Shown one piece after another: positions 61,863-64,000 of a DNA stretch of 64,000 nt (position 1 is its first letter; the number at the start of each line of letters is the position of its first letter). Below the pieces are notes generated by a model. That model did no database searches, was not told the origin of the DNA, and was given only the letters and a program-made list of their open reading frames with translations. A program made the translations under genes and the position numbers. Source of the DNA: Amoebidium appalachense (Eukaryota; Protista; Ichthyosporea); contig CAVNZM010000007.1 of the NCBI GenBank assembly GCA_963693365.1, positions 6,631,962 through 6,695,961 of the forward strand, given 5' to 3'.

Positions 61863-64000
61863 CCTCCCCCCTTCCCGGCCCCCCGGTCTCAACGATGCTG
61901 ATGAGGTTCCTACGCATACTGTCTGCTGATGGTTTAGAGATTTTTGCCAGAGCTTCTTTTGTTGTTTTTTCATTTATTTATTTGCTTTTTTTGGAGGCCC
62001 CGGGGGGGGGGGGGGGGGGGGGGGGGGGGATATGTTTTGGTTACCTGTGGTGCAGTTTTTCACGAGTGAGACAATATTTTGATCGTTTTTTTTGGGGGGG
62101 GGTGTTTGAGGCTGAATCAGGCTGGATGTGGGTATCAAACTCGTCGGGCCAAACGATGGAAATAGGATTTGAAGGGGGAGGGGGGAGGGAGAGGGGGGGG
62201 AGGGGGGGGGGGGGGGGGGGAGGGGGCTGTTAAAATTTCTGTTTATGGCATACCTGTCGACATAAGGTGTAAAAGGAGGGCATCTGTACCTACAGTGGGA
62301 AAAAAAAATTCTATGCGCTTTACTTGGGAAAATTTACCGTATGTAAAAGAGACTCAGTAAACTCTTGAGGAAGAGAGGTTGGCATGACGGGCACCTCGAA
62401 GGCTTAAAATGATTATCCGACGTGGATCCGATTCGAAGTCTCTCCCTCGATTTCCCCATTCCCATCCTCCCCCAGTGGCACCTCCCCTTCTCTCTTCCCC
62501 CCCCAACCCCTCAAACCCCTTCATCTCGTGTATCTCTCCCAAATCAGGGCGCTGCAAGGTAAAACATGTGTTTAAAAGCTCATTTGACTTGTATTTACTT
62601 TACTGTAACATATAGATTTCCGGTGGTGACACTTTAATAGGTGCCTTTTGTGCATCACAAGATCGTAGGCCTCTCATGGAAAGCCTTGGAGAGGAAAGTT
62701 CTATGCACGCGTGCATATTCCGAAATCGACAAATAAAATGACTGGGCAGGCAGATGCTTAGAAAAAGAAGGCCCATAATTAGTTGTTGCCGTTGCCATGA
62801 GCTGATGCTATCTACTCTTTTCTGTTCATCCGATTTCGAGGCCCTCGATTCTGCATTCCGACTTCCAGTCGATTTCAAGCTCATTAACCCCCCTAAGGAT
62901 TCTGAGGACCTTAGAATCTTCCGTTGTACGTTTTGATCACGGCCATCTAGAAACACCAGATGGCCGTGGTCTTGATTTGCCACTTACAAGAAATAATCTG
63001 AATCAGTGCTTATTAGTGGTAGCTTGTGAAATCAACGTAAACCATCCCGTCTGTGCAGTGGCGATCATCAAGTAAGGTGCCTTTGCTTCACATGACAACC
63101 ACGCAATTCCTCCTATAGACATTGGTTGCTACTTTCCTCTGCTGTCTACTCTCATTTCATGCTAGCTTCCCGACTCAGGCTATAATAGGACACAGGCTTT
63201 GGTGAGTCCATGGCACAAGGGAACATCGACGAGTTTTTTTTCTCCCTGAGTCCTTCCAAAAGTATTTTTTTGGTTTTGTTTGGAAACGGCGCCGTTGCGA
63301 TTGGTCGAAGAAGTAAATTCCTCTGCATTTGCAAGCGAATGCCGGATTGGTCACGCTCGGCGAAAACTTAGGCTGTTGCGCATTAGCGATTGGTTAGATT
63401 GCAGAGAACGTGGTAGTGAAGATGGCGATGTTCGATTTATACAGCAAACTCCAGTTTTTTTTCATAGCTCTACATCAACACCTTTGCTGATGTTGGTATA
63501 TTTGGGGTTTTTTAACTTTATGATATTCTGATAGCATGCCCATGTTAGTGGTAGCTAATGAGTTTGAAGCCAACAAATCGAGGATATTCCGTGACTCTTG
63601 CGATCGTAAATATCTAAATGTGATTAGCTGTATATCAGGTCAAGATTACTTCCCTGTTTGCGCCAATCGCACGTCAGCACTTCAAGTCGACACTCCTATT
63701 GGCTCATGCCGGAAGTGCCGGAACGCCATCTTGAATCAAAATATACCTTCAAACTCTCCCATTTTCCAAAACACTAACGCTTAGATACAAAGAGTTATTC
63801 AGATATAAAATAAAAACAAGTGTTTAGTACTTATTGAGCTGCTAATACTATTTATTTCGAGGGATATAGTGTCAGTATAACGAAACGATGATCAAAGAAG
63901 AAGTGGGACAGTGTTGCTGATTGGCTAAATATCTTTGCTTTTTCTTACCGAGAGGACTTGCTAGAAATGGTGATGAAACGCGCCGTTGCGCCGACCTTGT

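Noticed and set aside
62600-63784. Short ORFs at the window end as a retroelement remnant
   Set aside because: No RT, integrase, protease or gag motifs recognised.

Overview
Eukaryotic, intron-rich genomic DNA saturated with (CA)n/(GT)n microsatellites and long poly-G/poly-C tracts. It may come from a unicellular opisthokont, but that is inference only. Most ORFs in the supplied track are repeat artefacts. Host genes I can support: the last three exons of Vps15/PIK3R4, a tail-anchored RING E3 ligase, a 6-exon atypical heterotrimeric G-protein alpha subunit, a CBM21 protein, a secreted histidine-phosphatase-fold protein with RHG changed to RQG, and a 3-exon gene with a likely mitochondrial presequence plus its decayed duplicate. 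There is also an intact piggyBac-like transposase ORF. The most striking region is 3-20.5 kb: nine near-identical tRNA-Thr(AGT) genes, eight arranged as head-to-head pairs, with three unrelated DNA transposons each inserted within about 60 bp of a tRNA. These are (1) a 1.87-kb long-TIR element whose 8-bp target duplication overlaps a tRNA 5' end, (2) a 710-bp PIF/Harbinger-type MITE, and (3) an ~8.5-kb element with a spliced gene of about 1370 aa that fuses a Dada/KDZ-like DDE transposase to an OTU protease, a CXC cluster, a Myb-like domain and a Zn ribbon. All gene models were assembled by hand from GT-AG sites and phase consistency; no database searches were run.
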